Source: a plasmid
Direction: 5' to 3' (one strand)
Length of the DNA: 64,000 nt
Sequence record: CP080654.1
The notes below the pieces were generated by a model, which searched no databases, was not told the origin of the DNA, and was given only the letters and a program-made list of their open reading frames with translations. Of the stretch, positions 28,164-38,858 are shown one piece after another (position 1 is the stretch's first letter; the number at the start of each line of letters is the position of its first letter). Made by a program: the position numbers and the translations under genes.

Positions 28164-30799
28164 TGTTTATCCTCGATGTCATTCACCGGTATTCGGGATT
28201 CAAGCTCTGCCATTTCGTCTTTAAAGTTGCGGCACGCCAGTCCGTATACCGCATCGTGGATATCGACCCCCTCCTGCCGGCGCGCTTGCATGTACTCAAA
28301 ATCCGGGCCTTTGGAGGAGTACATCGCCCGGCTGAGCGGGTCAACGAACAGGCGGTGCCAGGAGCAGTTCGCTTCCACCTGCAGCATAAAAGAGGAGAAC
28401 CACTGCTCTTTGGCCGAACCGAAGCCGTTAATCATGTCTTTCTCCAGCTTGCTGAACTGATCCGGGTACAGCTGGTTATACTTGGCAAATTCCTTCGCTG
28501 ACTGCTTCAGAATGGCCTTGTACGACGAGTTCCCCCACGCTGCACGTGCGGCGCTGGAGGCGGTCGGGGAGTCGAAGTCGACGATGTTCTGCGTGATGGT
28601 GATGTATGCGCCGGTATGTCGACGCGCGGTACGGTAGCCTTTCTCGATAAACTGCCCCACTTTTTCATTCTTGAAATCAAGGAGCTTCCAGCCCTCATCG
28701 ATGACGTTCAGTTTTTTCAGGCCACGCGGTGACTGATACATCCTGTTCTCGATGTAAATAATCAATGAAAACATCACAGCGATAAGCAGAGAGGGCCTCG
28801 ACTCCAGGCCACCGAGTTCCAGTACCACCATCCGGGCATCATCGTGGAGTGTTGGTTTATCTGAGTTGAAATAGTCCCCGTAGATCCCATTCACCGTGTA
28901 CTGATCGAGCAGGATTATCATCTCGTCCAGACGGCCCCGGATTGTCGGGGAATCAGCATATTCATCGCTGTCCTTCGCGTCCTGTAAAAACTGCACTACG
29001 TCATCAACGCGTGCATGATTACGCTTGCTTAACCAGGCCGCCTGCACTGCCTGCAGAAGCAGGCCTTCATGGACTTCATCGAGGTTGCCGTTCGGACTGG
29101 CCATGACAGACATCTGATCGCGTATACGTTCTGCTGACATGTCGAAGTGAGCATCATCCAGCACGTTGGCGAACGGGTTAAACTTGAGGGTATCGCCATC
29201 GAGGTATACGCCCCCCATGTTTTCACACAGGGACTTATAGCCATCGCCCATGTCGAACACCCAGGCAAACCCGCCGGAGTCGAGCACACTGCGAATGAGG
29301 GGCTGAATCAGACCGGTTTTACCCGCCCCGGACGTCCCGCAGACTGCCATGTTGAAATTGGTATTGTTCATTCCCTCGTAGAACAGGTCGATGAACGCCA
29401 GCTGATTTCGGTAGGTGGGCGCCAGGAGTCCCGCCGGCGCCAGCGGGCTGTCAGCGACGATCGGCAGGAGGTTAGCCACCTGGAACGTCTCCGCCCGCTT
29501 CACCACGCCTGCCGCCTGCAGCTCTTTAAACAGGCCCTCACCACACTTGAACGGCATCATGGCCAGAAAGTTACGCAGGTGATGGTAGCGGGCCGGGATC
29601 AGCTGGAAACCGCCTTTACGGTAACTGTTGAGCACCTGCTGTTCAGCGGCGAGAGAGGCCTCTGTGCTGTCTGCGGTGTACGTGGTGATATTAAAGAAGT
29701 AGGACACCAGGGAGGTCTGGTTGGTCGCCAGTCGCTGGCGGATATCGCCCCACTCCTGCATTTCCTTTATCACGTTCGGAAAAAACTTCGCGTAGGAGGT
29801 TTTGCTTTTCTTCTCCACGTCCATGAATTTCATGTTGGCTTCATTCTGGGTCTTCACCTGGTCCTCCACCATCAGCGTCAGCGTGATGACAAAGGGGCAG
29901 GAGATGGAGAGCTCCGGGTTAAGCAGGTTGGCGTAGTTATCCGCGGAGGTCCAGAGGAATGCCATTTCCGGATCACTCTCCAGATGGTAGCTCGTCACCC
30001 GGGTTACGCACTCTTTCCCGTCACGCCCCAGGCGGCCAATTTTCAGATGACCGGCGGTGACCTGCATATCAAAGCTGTCATCGACACACTGATAGTTCAG
30101 ATCCTGATAGGGGTCCAGCTTATACGGTACGCGGTACATCTCGTGCGGGTCCGGGTTTATAAGCTCGCGCATCAGTTCGACCAGCCCGGCAGCATCAAGG
30201 ATACGCGTCGGAATATAGGCACCGCCCAGTGACGCCCGCAGGATTTTAATCTGGTTCTCCATCTCCACAATTTGCGTGGTGGAGTTTTTCTTCCGGGGCA
30301 CGCAGCAGGAGATGTACACGCGGTAGTTACGCAGCGTCAGGGGTAAATCCAGTGCAGGAGGCAGGGGGAACTTCGTCTCCGCTGCCCGGAGATAGTAGGC
30401 CTGGGTGATGGCGTTAAACTTCTTAGCCTGTTTACCGCTCCAGCGGAATTCACGCAGACCGTAGTCGATATCATTGCCGACCAGTTTGCTGGAGACCAGA
30501 TGAAAACTGACCGGGACGCCCCGTGGAAGTTTGCTGCGCAGTAAATGCTCCAGTGTGGCGACGATACTTTTATCCGCACCGGGTAAAGGACGCGCCTCAA
30601 ACATAAAACCGATGGTTTTGTTATTAATAAACAGCCCGGTCGCGGAATCATAATCCTTATAGGGCAAAATACGGCTGAACTGGGGGAAATTCATGCTGCC
30701 CAGCGTGTCATTGGCTTTCGCGGATTCGTCGGGCAGCTTCAGTGCTGATACCAGTGAATTCACTGCCTGGGTGACGGCATCGATGATGTTATTACTCAT
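28160..30799 (-). CDS. traC: TraC VirB4-family ATPase.
   Basis: 879 aa. Walker A GTSGAGKTG. Confidence 0.95.
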   Translation of the reverse strand: MSNNIIDAVTQAVNSLVSALKLPDESAKANDTLGSMNFPQFSRILPYKDYDSATGLFINNKTIGFMFEARPLPGADKSIVATLEHLLRSKLPRGVPVSFHLVSSKLVGNDIDYGLREFRWSGKQAKKFNAITQAYYLRAAETKFPLPPALDLPLTLRNYRVYISCCVPRKKNSTTQIVEMENQIKILRASLGGAYIPTRILDAAGLVELMRELINPDPHEMYRVPYKLDPYQDLNYQCVDDSFDMQVTAGHLKIGRLGRDGKECVTRVTSYHLESDPEMAFLWTSADNYANLLNPELSISCPFVITLTLMVEDQVKTQNEANMKFMDVEKKSKTSYAKFFPNVIKEMQEWGDIRQRLATNQTSLVSYFFNITTYTADSTEASLAAEQQVLNSYRKGGFQLIPARYHHLRNFLAMMPFKCGEGLFKELQAAGVVKRAETFQVANLLPIVADSPLAPAGLLAPTYRNQLAFIDLFYEGMNNTNFNMAVCGTSGAGKTGLIQPLIRSVLDSGGFAWVFDMGDGYKSLCENMGGVYLDGDTLKFNPFANVLDDAHFDMSAERIRDQMSVMASPNGNLDEVHEGLLLQAVQAAWLSKRNHARVDDVVQFLQDAKDSDEYADSPTIRGRLDEMIILLDQYTVNGIYGDYFNSDKPTLHDDARMVVLELGGLESRPSLLIAVMFSLIIYIENRMYQSPRGLKKLNVIDEGWKLLDFKNEKVGQFIEKGYRTARRHTGAYITITQNIVDFDSPTASSAARAAWGNSSYKAILKQSAKEFAKYNQLYPDQFSKLEKDMINGFGSAKEQWFSSFMLQVEANCSWHRLFVDPLSRAMYSSKGPDFEYMQARRQEGVDIHDAVYGLACRNFKDEMAELESRIPVNDIEDKQ

Positions 30800-30870
30800 G
30801 CGGGCGTTCCTTTAAGAGCATTTCAAAATAACAAGGGTAATAAATGGCAAGAAGAATATTCATATCCGCA

Positions 30871-31269
30871 CTAGAATCTCCTTCTTATAATGGAAAGCAC
30901 TGGAATAAAAAACAATAAACACATGGAGGCAATAATCTGACCCATAAAGATCGAATCCAACAACACCTCCCCTTGCCACAAACAAATAAGCAGAGTGATA
31001 AATAATAAAACCACATGAAAGAAAACAATCAGGAACAGAATGTTCGCTGAGAACTCCCCATCACCAACTTCCACCTCTAAGCAGAAAAAATAAAATACAC
31101 ACAGACTACAGATAATATAGACGCCTTCATGTCGAATACCCTGAAGGAAATCAGCAGAAAACTCTCCTGTCAGTCCATTGTAAGTCAACCGGGCGCCCAG
31201 ATAGATGAGCCAGTAGACTGGAGGGATAAACAAAAATCCATACTTTCGAAGAAACAGCATCATATCCAT
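30871..31269 (-). CDS. Hypothetical polytopic membrane protein (132 aa, AT-rich insert).
   Basis: Hydrophobic segments. Low GC compared with flanking tra genes. Confidence 0.4.
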   Translation of the reverse strand: MDMMLFLRKYGFLFIPPVYWLIYLGARLTYNGLTGEFSADFLQGIRHEGVYIICSLCVFYFFCLEVEVGDGEFSANILFLIVFFHVVLLFITLLICLWQGEVLLDSIFMGQIIASMCLLFFIPVLSIIRRRF

Positions 31270-31276
31270 CCCCTGA

Positions 31277-31687
31277 TTATTTGCTCATATCGTTCAGTGC
31301 GTTAAGTTGTTTTTCACGTACTGCTTTAATCTCTTCTTTATCCTTGCATTCTGATGCCATCTTTTTTGCGTCACCAAAAGTTAATGTTGCTGACGAAGTC
31401 ACAGTATTAGTTTGAAGAGCCATCCGAAAAGCCTCACCCGCGCAAGGCGCATCATGAATAATACTTTGCAGTTGTTCTGGAGTGGCGGGCTGCATATCGC
31501 GAAAATCTTCATACTGCACAAAAAAATATCCAGCTAACCAAAAAAAAAGAAGAATCAAAAAAATACCATATGGCAGATCAAAACGTTTCAATTCTTGCCT
31601 TTCTTTTTCATCGGCCTTTATTATTAAATCCCGGGAGCGCTCTTCAATTTCTTGTTGTCTTTCCATTGTTCCATCCCTACCGGTCAA
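31277..31687 (-). CDS. Hypothetical single-TM protein (136 aa, AT-rich insert).
   Basis: TM GIFLILLFFWLAGYFFV. Confidence 0.4.
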   Translation of the reverse strand: MTGRDGTMERQQEIEERSRDLIIKADEKERQELKRFDLPYGIFLILLFFWLAGYFFVQYEDFRDMQPATPEQLQSIIHDAPCAGEAFRMALQTNTVTSSATLTFGDAKKMASECKDKEEIKAVREKQLNALNDMSK

Positions 31688-31708
31688 TCCAGTTTGTTAA
31701 TCAGCATT

Positions 31709-32143
31709 TCATTTTGAGTTAGCTTTATATAATTCCCACTGATGGATATAGGAATAATACTGCCCCCCAGGCACATTAATGATGATGCCATCACAGTCCA
31801 GTTTATTAACAGGGCTGGTAAAAGCGCCTGTCGGCATGTTTACCTCAAGTGTCCGGCAGTCATCTTTCCAGTGTCTACCTGCTTCAAGTTCATCCATCGA
31901 AAATGAGTGAATGGAGATAACGAACATCCCGGAAAACCCAACCACCGCTATAAGCGCACAGTATATGAATGTATCGCCTCTGTTAACTCGAAGATTGAAT
32001 TTTTCAGGGATGGCAACCATTGCCATCGCACCGACCACACCAATAACAAAAAGAATCAGGCATATACCGTTAAGCCATGCAACGTTATGTCCAAGTATAT
32101 AGTACGCTTTCACTTTCTTATTCCTTATGCTGCATACTTTCAA
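31709..32143 (-). CDS. Hypothetical membrane protein (144 aa, AT-rich insert).
   Basis: 3 hydrophobic segments. Confidence 0.4.
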   Translation of the reverse strand: MKVCSIRNKKVKAYYILGHNVAWLNGICLILFVIGVVGAMAMVAIPEKFNLRVNRGDTFIYCALIAVVGFSGMFVISIHSFSMDELEAGRHWKDDCRTLEVNMPTGAFTSPVNKLDCDGIIINVPGGQYYSYIHQWELYKANSK

Positions 32144-32179
32144 ATAACGTGAGATTGTTAATACTGACCATCGGTCTTT

Positions 32180-32491
32180 CTATTCACCTTCCCCCATCCG
32201 ACAAAAGGAATAAATCAAGACATAAAACATATAAAAGATCACTGTGGCCGTAAAAAACCCCGTTATTACTGACAGCGTCAAATCAGGAGAGCCGCTCCAC
32301 ATACTTTTATCCTTAAATACAACGAAAGAAAAGAAAGCACTGAACCCAACAAGACCCAGTAACATTAAAATATGAGTAAGGGTATCCTTTACAAAAATGC
32401 TCATAACTATATACCCGTAACCACAGATAATGATTGCCATTGCAAAAAAAAGTCGAACAAAACCATCAAAACTTAACTGGTATTCAGCCAT
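32180..32491 (-). CDS. Hypothetical membrane protein (103 aa, AT-rich insert).
   Basis: 3 TM segments. Confidence 0.4.
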   Translation of the reverse strand: MAEYQLSFDGFVRLFFAMAIIICGYGYIVMSIFVKDTLTHILMLLGLVGFSAFFSFVVFKDKSMWSGSPDLTLSVITGFFTATVIFYMFYVLIYSFCRMGEGE

Positions 32492-32710
32492 TTACCCACC
32501 CTCACTCAATGTTTCCATCACGCTGCTCAAAGGCTCGCGGGTTTTAATTTCAATGCACTCTCCTGTATTACTTCCGTAACCTCTGCCTCCACGTTCTTCG
32601 AGTACCCGTAGCATTTTTATGCAGACATCAGTATTAGGCATGGGAGTAATATCCCAAATACCACCGCCACTACTCGGTGTCATCAGTACCAGAAAAATAA
32701 ATGCATGCAT
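32492..32710 (-). CDS. Hypothetical secreted/small protein (72 aa).
   Basis: N-terminal hydrophobic leader. It lacks the CxxC...CxxC zinc ribbon, so it is not TraR. Confidence 0.3.
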   Translation of the reverse strand: MHAFIFLVLMTPSSGGGIWDITPMPNTDVCIKMLRVLEERGGRGYGSNTGECIEIKTREPLSSVMETLSEGG

Positions 32711-32815
32711 ACTTTATTGCCTTTATTTATATACTTGTCAGTAGAAAAAAACAGGCTATATCCTGCCAATAAAAATAACAGCGCCATCTTCCATTTGAAT
32801 AATTCATCCATAACG

Positions 32816-33268
32816 TTACTTACCTTCCGTGCGAAGTTTATTAACCGCTGTCTTATCCCTGTATTTCACATCCATATACCGTGTTACGCCATCCGGGCAA
32901 GACCAGGCATCTTTTGCTTTAGCCAGAAACCCTGCCTGCTGTGCTTCAAATGCGGAGACTCTGCAGTTTTTCAGGGTATAGATGACATCCTGTTTATTGG
33001 TTTGAATCTGTTTGTATGTTGACTCAGGCTCAATAAAGACAAACACTTCTGTTATCGCGACGACAATACACATTATCAGAATGATTGCCTTACCCCACCA
33101 GGACACAAACAACCGCTGTAAAAAGAAAGACATAACTGCGGCAGTGCCAACAATCAGCATCAACATAAAAATATATGACGATTCCTCGCACAAAAGCATC
33201 CAGAGATATTTAATTGACTCAGTCACTTTCGAAATCCTTTCATTTTTCGTAATCAGTTTTAAGTTCAC
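32816..33268 (-). CDS. Hypothetical membrane protein (150 aa, AT-rich insert).
   Basis: 2 TM segments. Confidence 0.4.
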   Translation of the reverse strand: MNLKLITKNERISKVTESIKYLWMLLCEESSYIFMLMLIVGTAAVMSFFLQRLFVSWWGKAIILIMCIVVAITEVFVFIEPESTYKQIQTNKQDVIYTLKNCRVSAFEAQQAGFLAKAKDAWSCPDGVTRYMDVKYRDKTAVNKLRTEGK

Positions 33269-33357
33269 ACGCTACCGCCCATCCCTTTCAACGCAGAGGG
33301 CACTCGTTATAATTCAGAAATGTAAACTTACTGCAGCGCCAGTAATGGCGCTGTGAA

Positions 33358-33942
33358 TCAATTAAGGCGAGGCTGTCCCCACGCCGATGGTTTTACGACA
33401 AAAAGAACCGTTGCTGGCTGGTGATATACATCATCTGAGTCCACATACGGCGCTATCCACAATGACGTTGTCTCCTCCCCTTTTCTTAATGGACGAGGAT
33501 AATTACCTGGCGGTGTTGACGGTGACGTAAACGTTGACGCCACTACTGGTAAAGACATTTTCACTACCGGCAAAGACTGGAGCCTTTTCTCGGTTTCGAA
33601 ATATGTTGCCTCATTCTTTGCCGTTGGATTATTTAGGTACACTGCACGTGCTCGATCTTTCTCCGCGGCCACTCTGGCCTGGGTCAGGTTGGACTGTGGC
33701 GGCAACGGGTACGAATTCACTGACGTGGTTCTGAAATTACCCTCAGCCAGTTGTGGCAACCCGGCCGCAGCCGGCTTTGCATCACTGCGTTCCTCTTTCA
33801 GCTTCGCTTTTTCATTTGCCTGCTCCATCGTCATACAGGTATCCGACGTCGTGGCATTACATTGAAATTCAGTCTCTGTGCCCGCGCACCCGGTTAAGAG
33901 CAAAGCGCCGCCCAGAGGAATTAACAGCATTAATTCCTTCAT
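33358..33942 (-). CDS. traV: TraV outer-membrane lipoprotein of the F-type T4SS core.
   Basis: Lipobox LLLTGCAG with conserved Cys pairs (FQCNATTSDTCMTMEQ). Confidence 0.85.
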   Translation of the reverse strand: MKELMLLIPLGGALLLTGCAGTETEFQCNATTSDTCMTMEQANEKAKLKEERSDAKPAAAGLPQLAEGNFRTTSVNSYPLPPQSNLTQARVAAEKDRARAVYLNNPTAKNEATYFETEKRLQSLPVVKMSLPVVASTFTSPSTPPGNYPRPLRKGEETTSLWIAPYVDSDDVYHQPATVLFVVKPSAWGQPRLN

Positions 33943-34055
33943 GATATTTCTCGCTATTTATCGGTTATTTTTCAGGTTCATCCTGATTGGGTTATTTGCC
34001 TTAATTGCCCGGTGTAATTACCCTCAGCGCTGACAGGGCAGCCGTAATAAGAGAC

Positions 34056-35480
34056 TTAGCCATTATTTTCCCCCTGCGGCGCTGCGCCCGGAGAGAACTC
34101 CCGCGGATCAAGTTTGCCCAGCTTCTTCAGCATCTCGTCAGTATTGAATCCGTTCATACCGCCGCCTGACTGATGATGGGCATCAGCCTGCGGTGCCGGC
34201 CCCGCCTCCTGATTCTGAGCCTGCTGTTGCCCGTTCTTTTCCGCTTCCAGCTCTTCAATCGTTTTCAGCTGGAATCCATCCTGGAACACGACAGTCACTT
34301 CGTTGCCGGCACCAATCGGAATGACCGGGTGATACTGCTCGGCCCTTTTGATGTAGTACTCGCTCAGCGTCTGCGCAGCTTTAGATGCACCACCGCCGAC
34401 CCCCATTTTCAGAACGTCACCGGCGCCAACAGATGCGGTTGCCCCCAGGCCAACAGCCGGCTGTGAAGCCCGTTCCATGCCCTGACCAATCCCGTCAACA
34501 AAACCGGCCCCCCATGCCCAGCCGAGGATTTTTCCGTTACGCATCACCACCTCTCCCTTAACCCCGTTTTTCCCCATAAAGGAAATGTGGCCGTTAATGG
34601 GCTGATCGATGGTTTTATCACCTTTGATACAGCTGATATTGCGGGTACGGACAATGGCGCGTTCGCTGGAGACATCGCCCCAGGCTTCAAGGCCCACAAA
34701 ACACCCTGTCAGGTCGTAGGTTTTGCTGTTTGGCATTTCCACGCGACCAGTGATACGCAACTGCATCGGTACAGTTGATTCATTCCCGGTAACAGACGCG
34801 TTGGCATCTGCCCCCTCGATAAGCATACTTTTTGCAAAGCTCCCCGACGGAATGTACGGCAATGACTTCGTTTTTTTTCCTTTGTCGTAACTGAACGTTT
34901 TACGCTGTATCTGGTTTGGTACCGGTACAGACTGGTAGCTGACCTGCGGCGGCGGTGTCATACCATTCCCCGGATAGAATGCCGTCGGAGGCGGTACCGC
35001 GGCGCCGGTTTGCGGCGGATAACTGGCTGGCTGCGGCTCCCCTTCCGGACCGGGTGGCGGTGACGGAGGAGTCGGCGCGGGCTCGCCACCAGAGACAGCC
35101 GGTTTCACGCCCAGTGCCTTCAGCTGATTCTGCATGGCTTCATTGTCACTGCTGAGCTTGTCGATACGTATCTGGTCAGCGGTTCGCGCCTTACTCAGCA
35201 GGTCCACTTCCCCCTGCAGGGAGTCAAAACGCTTGTTGAGATCAGCGGCAGTCGCCTGCATTTCTGTTGTCGCGTGCTGCTCCACCTTACTGTTGAAGCT
35301 GCTGTCGACCACCCCGGTCATATCCGGTGCGGGTTCGCCCTGAGCCGGGGCTTCCTCATCAGAGCTCATGTTCAGATCTGACAGATACAGCCCGCCTCCG
35401 ACTGCTGCCGCGCCGCCCGCCAGAATGAGTCCCAGCCAGATATATTGCTTACGTTTGATCAGCGTGTTGAAGTTGGCCAT
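34056..35480 (-). CDS. traB: TraB (VirB10-like).
   Basis: 474 aa with an N-terminal TM, a coiled coil and a Pro-rich linker (PAPTPPSPPPGPEGEP). Confidence 0.9.
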   Translation of the reverse strand: MANFNTLIKRKQYIWLGLILAGGAAAVGGGLYLSDLNMSSDEEAPAQGEPAPDMTGVVDSSFNSKVEQHATTEMQATAADLNKRFDSLQGEVDLLSKARTADQIRIDKLSSDNEAMQNQLKALGVKPAVSGGEPAPTPPSPPPGPEGEPQPASYPPQTGAAVPPPTAFYPGNGMTPPPQVSYQSVPVPNQIQRKTFSYDKGKKTKSLPYIPSGSFAKSMLIEGADANASVTGNESTVPMQLRITGRVEMPNSKTYDLTGCFVGLEAWGDVSSERAIVRTRNISCIKGDKTIDQPINGHISFMGKNGVKGEVVMRNGKILGWAWGAGFVDGIGQGMERASQPAVGLGATASVGAGDVLKMGVGGGASKAAQTLSEYYIKRAEQYHPVIPIGAGNEVTVVFQDGFQLKTIEELEAEKNGQQQAQNQEAGPAPQADAHHQSGGGMNGFNTDEMLKKLGKLDPREFSPGAAPQGENNG

Positions 35481-36220
35481 CAGCGCTTCACTCCTTCATC
35501 TGACGTCGTGACCCAGATCTGCATGCGACCACCGGCAGTCAGCAGGCCCGCCGGGGTACTGAACATGACGGCACGTGTTCCGGGCTGCCAGAAATCGCTT
35601 TCACGCACCATACGGGCCGACAGGGAGACATTGTCCAGACTGTAACGGACGACTTTCAGGTGGTGGCCGACCCAGACCCTGTCGGCAGTGGCGCGCAGAC
35701 CAGCCGGCACCTGCAGCACTTCAGAAGTGACGGGGACAGACTGATACTCATCGGGTACGCTGCCCTGACGCACGGCGCGATTCAGCGAAACCAGTAACGA
35801 TTCATAGGGGTTCGACTCTTCCCAGGCTTTTGCCGGACCGGGGGTACCCGCCAGCTCGCTGACCAGCTGAATTGTCCGGCCTGAGCCCGCACGGGGCACG
35901 GCACGAATGGAGAAGTTCAGCCCGCGTTCGGTTTCCACAATGAAGGTGAATGGTTTTTTACTGACGGTCGCCAGAATGGCACCGCCGCTGTCGGTCTGCT
36001 CCTGGTTTGTCAGGCCACCGTCCAGGCTGTTTATCGCCGTGATGCGATCTCCAGGTACTGTGAACAGATTCGGGTCGGTGTTACTCACGGCAATATTTGC
36101 CTGACCACCATTGGTGAGGGGGACCACTGTCGGCGCCAGCGTACCGCTGAGGGTCGCGGACATCGCGGGGGCGACCAACAGCAGACAGCCTGAAATAAAT
36201 AACGGGTTAATTTTTTTCAT
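35480..36220 (-). CDS. traK: TraK (VirB9/secretin-like).
   Basis: 246 aa with a signal peptide. It is translationally coupled to traB. Confidence 0.85.
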   Translation of the reverse strand: MKKINPLFISGCLLLVAPAMSATLSGTLAPTVVPLTNGGQANIAVSNTDPNLFTVPGDRITAINSLDGGLTNQEQTDSGGAILATVSKKPFTFIVETERGLNFSIRAVPRAGSGRTIQLVSELAGTPGPAKAWEESNPYESLLVSLNRAVRQGSVPDEYQSVPVTSEVLQVPAGLRATADRVWVGHHLKVVRYSLDNVSLSARMVRESDFWQPGTRAVMFSTPAGLLTAGGRMQIWVTTSDEGVKR

Positions 36221-36773
36221 TATTTATTTCTCCAAAACGCGCCAGCCAGCTGACACCATCGACACGACTGAACTGAATGACATAGCTTTTAATTTCACTG
36301 TAGGGTTTGGAATCCCCAATCCACGTTTTCAGCTCACCCCGGATATCCACGCGGTTCTCTGCCGGCCAGGCACGCATCGACGTCATATAAAAGGTGGAAT
36401 TAACGTTATTGTCTTTAATGCGTTTCGCATCTTCAGCCAGCTGGACCTTGAGGCTGTTCTGCGAGGCGGGTAATACATACCGGAGTAGCTGCTGATGCTG
36501 GGCATCAACCGTTTCCGGCGTGACATTCAGACGCAGGGCAACGAAGGACAGGCCCAGCTGCTCAATATAAGAGGCGTCAGCCTGGTTCTGAGACACCGCA
36601 AAGGGTGCACGGAATAACATCGGTGTCACCGCCACTTTCTGTTCCGTCTGCAGACGGTAATTATTTATGCCCTGGATAATATTGGTCGCAAGACTGAGGG
36701 TCAGGAGTGTCCCCAGACTGATAAATCCCACAGCGATAACGCGGGTGGTATTTTGTCTGGCACCATGTTCCAT
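36207..36773 (-). CDS. traE: TraE (VirB5-position inner-membrane pilus-assembly protein).
   Basis: 188 aa, the same length as F TraE, with an N-terminal TM. Confidence 0.85.
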   Translation of the reverse strand: MEHGARQNTTRVIAVGFISLGTLLTLSLATNIIQGINNYRLQTEQKVAVTPMLFRAPFAVSQNQADASYIEQLGLSFVALRLNVTPETVDAQHQQLLRYVLPASQNSLKVQLAEDAKRIKDNNVNSTFYMTSMRAWPAENRVDIRGELKTWIGDSKPYSEIKSYVIQFSRVDGVSWLARFGEINNEKN

Positions 36774-36792
36774 ATGTTATTTCCCCGTTGAT

Positions 36793-37098
36793 TTATTTAA
36801 TCCACTGCCGGAAACAGGAGTCCGGAACATCATGAAAGAAACCTTTAAGAAGGGAGGTTGGCAGATACCAGTAAATCAGGTCGCGTAGCCAGGAACTGCC
36901 CCGCCCTTTTTTCAGTTTCTTGATACCCCAGAAAACCAGTACCGCTGAAGCTATGCCAAAAATGAACTTGCTGGTCCAGAAACCCCAGCCGAGACAAATC
37001 ACGGCCGGGATAAGTTCATCGAGATATAAGCCAAACCAGCGGGACTGGTTAGTCAGTGTTTCCGGGAAACGGTATCGCTTTAATTCGTCTCCCGTCAT
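36793..37098 (-). CDS. traL: TraL.
   Basis: From the internal ATG: [38 protein letters not shown]...[16 protein letters not shown]...DSCFRQWIK, near-identical in pattern to F TraL. Confidence 0.9.
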   Translation of the reverse strand: MTGDELKRYRFPETLTNQSRWFGLYLDELIPAVICLGWGFWTSKFIFGIASAVLVFWGIKKLKKGRGSSWLRDLIYWYLPTSLLKGFFHDVPDSCFRQWIK

Positions 37099-37111
37099 CA
37101 CGTGCTTCCTG

Positions 37112-37480
37112 TCAGTAACCGGCGACCGACATACCGATGGTGATAAAGGTGGAAATAATCGCGAAGCCAAACAGGAACTTCACGTTTTTGGTCATCATGT
37201 ACATGATGCCGCCGGCGACAACTTCTGCCAGAACCACCCATTTGACGACACTGGACTGCTTACCAAACGTGCCTTTAACGGTCGCATCCCCGGACTTCAT
37301 CAGGTCGGTTGCCGTGGTGGTGGCCATCGCAGCATCCGGGAAGAACGCCGCCACAGCAGCAACCGGCAGCGCAACTTTAGCGACTTTCAGGGCTTTCTTT
37401 TTATTGAAAACGCGAGACAGAAAAGACGGTTTGGTTTTTTCAGGGACAGCAGAGCCCTGAACACTTAATACAGCATTCAT
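37112..37480 (-). CDS. traA: TraA propilin (F-pilin subunit).
   Basis: [20 protein letters not shown]...[72 protein letters not shown] matches F propilin. Confidence 0.95.
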   Translation of the reverse strand: MNAVLSVQGSAVPEKTKPSFLSRVFNKKKALKVAKVALPVAAVAAFFPDAAMATTTATDLMKSGDATVKGTFGKQSSVVKWVVLAEVVAGGIMYMMTKNVKFLFGFAIISTFITIGMSVAGY

Positions 37481-37533
37481 ATTTATTTCCTTTTAAATAG
37501 ATAATGTTTAAATGGTAATACCTTCGGGACTAC

Positions 37534-37920
37534 TTATGTTTCAGATTCAGACCTCCTTATCACTTCGACTTCAGAGCTATAAAAATCAGGAAATTCCAAC
37601 AGATGCGCTTTAAGGCGAAGGTAAACTTCGAGCGATTTCGAGCGTCCACTTCTGTTTTTTGCCTTAATTAACATTTTGTTAGTTTGTTCATCAAACCGAA
37701 GAAATAACCGTTTTTCTCGTTTTTCTTCAGCACAGTAAATTTTCTGAACATCGTAAAAATCAGGAAACTTCCTTAGATGATCATCAACACGCAGTTGAAC
37801 TTCCGTGCCTTTAACTCGACCACTCCTGCGTATTGCTAATGTCAGATGCTGATAAGTTTCATCGTCACAGGTAAAAACAACTGCACTACCTGCAGCAGGA
37901 CGATTAACAAGTCGTTTCAC
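37534..37920 (-). CDS. traY: TraY oriT-binding RHH protein.
   Basis: 128 aa with the tandem RHH signature (AKNRSGRSKSLEVYLRLKAHLLEFPDFY). Confidence 0.85.
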   Translation of the reverse strand: MKRLVNRPAAGSAVVFTCDDETYQHLTLAIRRSGRVKGTEVQLRVDDHLRKFPDFYDVQKIYCAEEKREKRLFLRFDEQTNKMLIKAKNRSGRSKSLEVYLRLKAHLLEFPDFYSSEVEVIRRSESET

Positions 37921-37998
37921 CTTAACCCCTCCTGGAAAAAGCTAAAAGAATTGTTCTCCATTTTCCAATAAAAGGCAATGGTGAAAATGTCATCGATT

Positions 37999-38685
37999 TT
38001 ATAACAATCTGTTAACATGCCGAGTGATAATATCCCTGACATTTTTCATTACCGGTTCCAACAGCTCACTTAGATGAAGAACGATGAAGGCATCATCACG
38101 ACTACTAATATTAAGCTTGGTTAGTATTTGACTGCTTTTATTTCTGGAAGATCCGTTTTCCAGTCCAAGAAACTGCCCCATAATCTTGTGACTTGCACCG
38201 CCTGCATAAAACCCAAAAAAATCATACTCACTTTTATCAAGCCTTTTGACAGCCCTCATAAAATTAACGACATCCGCATGCAGGGGAAGAGATCTTGTTA
38301 TTCTTTTAATGGAGTTTGATGCCCTTCCAAACTTCCATAAAAAGTGGACAGCACCATCACTGACAAATTCCTCGATCATAAAATCAAATTGCTTTCCATT
38401 GATATAAATACATCTTTCAATATGGAAGTTAGATTGTTCAATTTGAATCAGTAGTTCTAACTCTCGAAGTCCAAGAAAGGTGTCAGTACCAATCAGTTCC
38501 TCCCAACTTCGTTCGGACTGCAAAGCGCCCCCGAACTCATACAAAAATGCTGAATTGAATGCCGGAAATTCTCCTGACTGATTATGAATACAAACCGGGA
38601 AAGAATAGTGCATGATGAGCGCCTCAAGAGAAGAAGCGAGGGATTGACGGCAGGTGTCTTTTTCATTACGATCCATCGGATACAT
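37999..38685 (-). CDS. traJ: TraJ transcriptional activator of the tra operon.
   Basis: The internal ATG gives MYPMDRNEKD..., identical to the first residues of F TraJ (MYPMDR). There is a C-terminal HTH-like segment. Confidence 0.85.
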   Translation of the reverse strand: MYPMDRNEKDTCRQSLASSLEALIMHYSFPVCIHNQSGEFPAFNSAFLYEFGGALQSERSWEELIGTDTFLGLRELELLIQIEQSNFHIERCIYINGKQFDFMIEEFVSDGAVHFLWKFGRASNSIKRITRSLPLHADVVNFMRAVKRLDKSEYDFFGFYAGGASHKIMGQFLGLENGSSRNKSSQILTKLNISSRDDAFIVLHLSELLEPVMKNVRDIITRHVNRLL

Positions 38686-38694
38686 AGAGGCCTC

Positions 38695-38775
38695 CTTGTT
38701 AGGTCTACTATGGGCAGTAGGTATGAGAAGGTGAATGCTTCTCATACCTGCGAAACTCAAATTTTCACTTACTAT
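38695..38775 (+). ncRNA. finP: FinP antisense RNA (predicted), antisense to the traJ 5' UTR.
   Basis: Two adjacent hairpins on the plus strand, ctactatgggcagtag and gtatgagaag-gtgaatg-cttctcatac, followed by a T-rich tract. The location between traM and traJ is as in F. The ends are approximate. Confidence 0.5.
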
Positions 38776-38858
38776 TTGAAAAAATAATAATGCATTTATA
38801 ATTACATGTCATCTATAAAAGACCGAGTTTTATTCTTTTTATACCCTGTGCATCAGCA

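Noticed and set aside
32492-32710. Considered as TraR because it sits in the traV-traC interval and is ~72 aa.
   Set aside because: It lacks the DksA/TraR CxxC-N17-CxxC zinc ribbon and instead has a hydrophobic leader, so it is not TraR.
38584-38787. 67-aa plus-strand ORF across the traJ 5' end.
   Set aside because: It coincides with the predicted FinP antisense RNA and the traJ leader, so it is a non-coding RNA locus rather than a protein.
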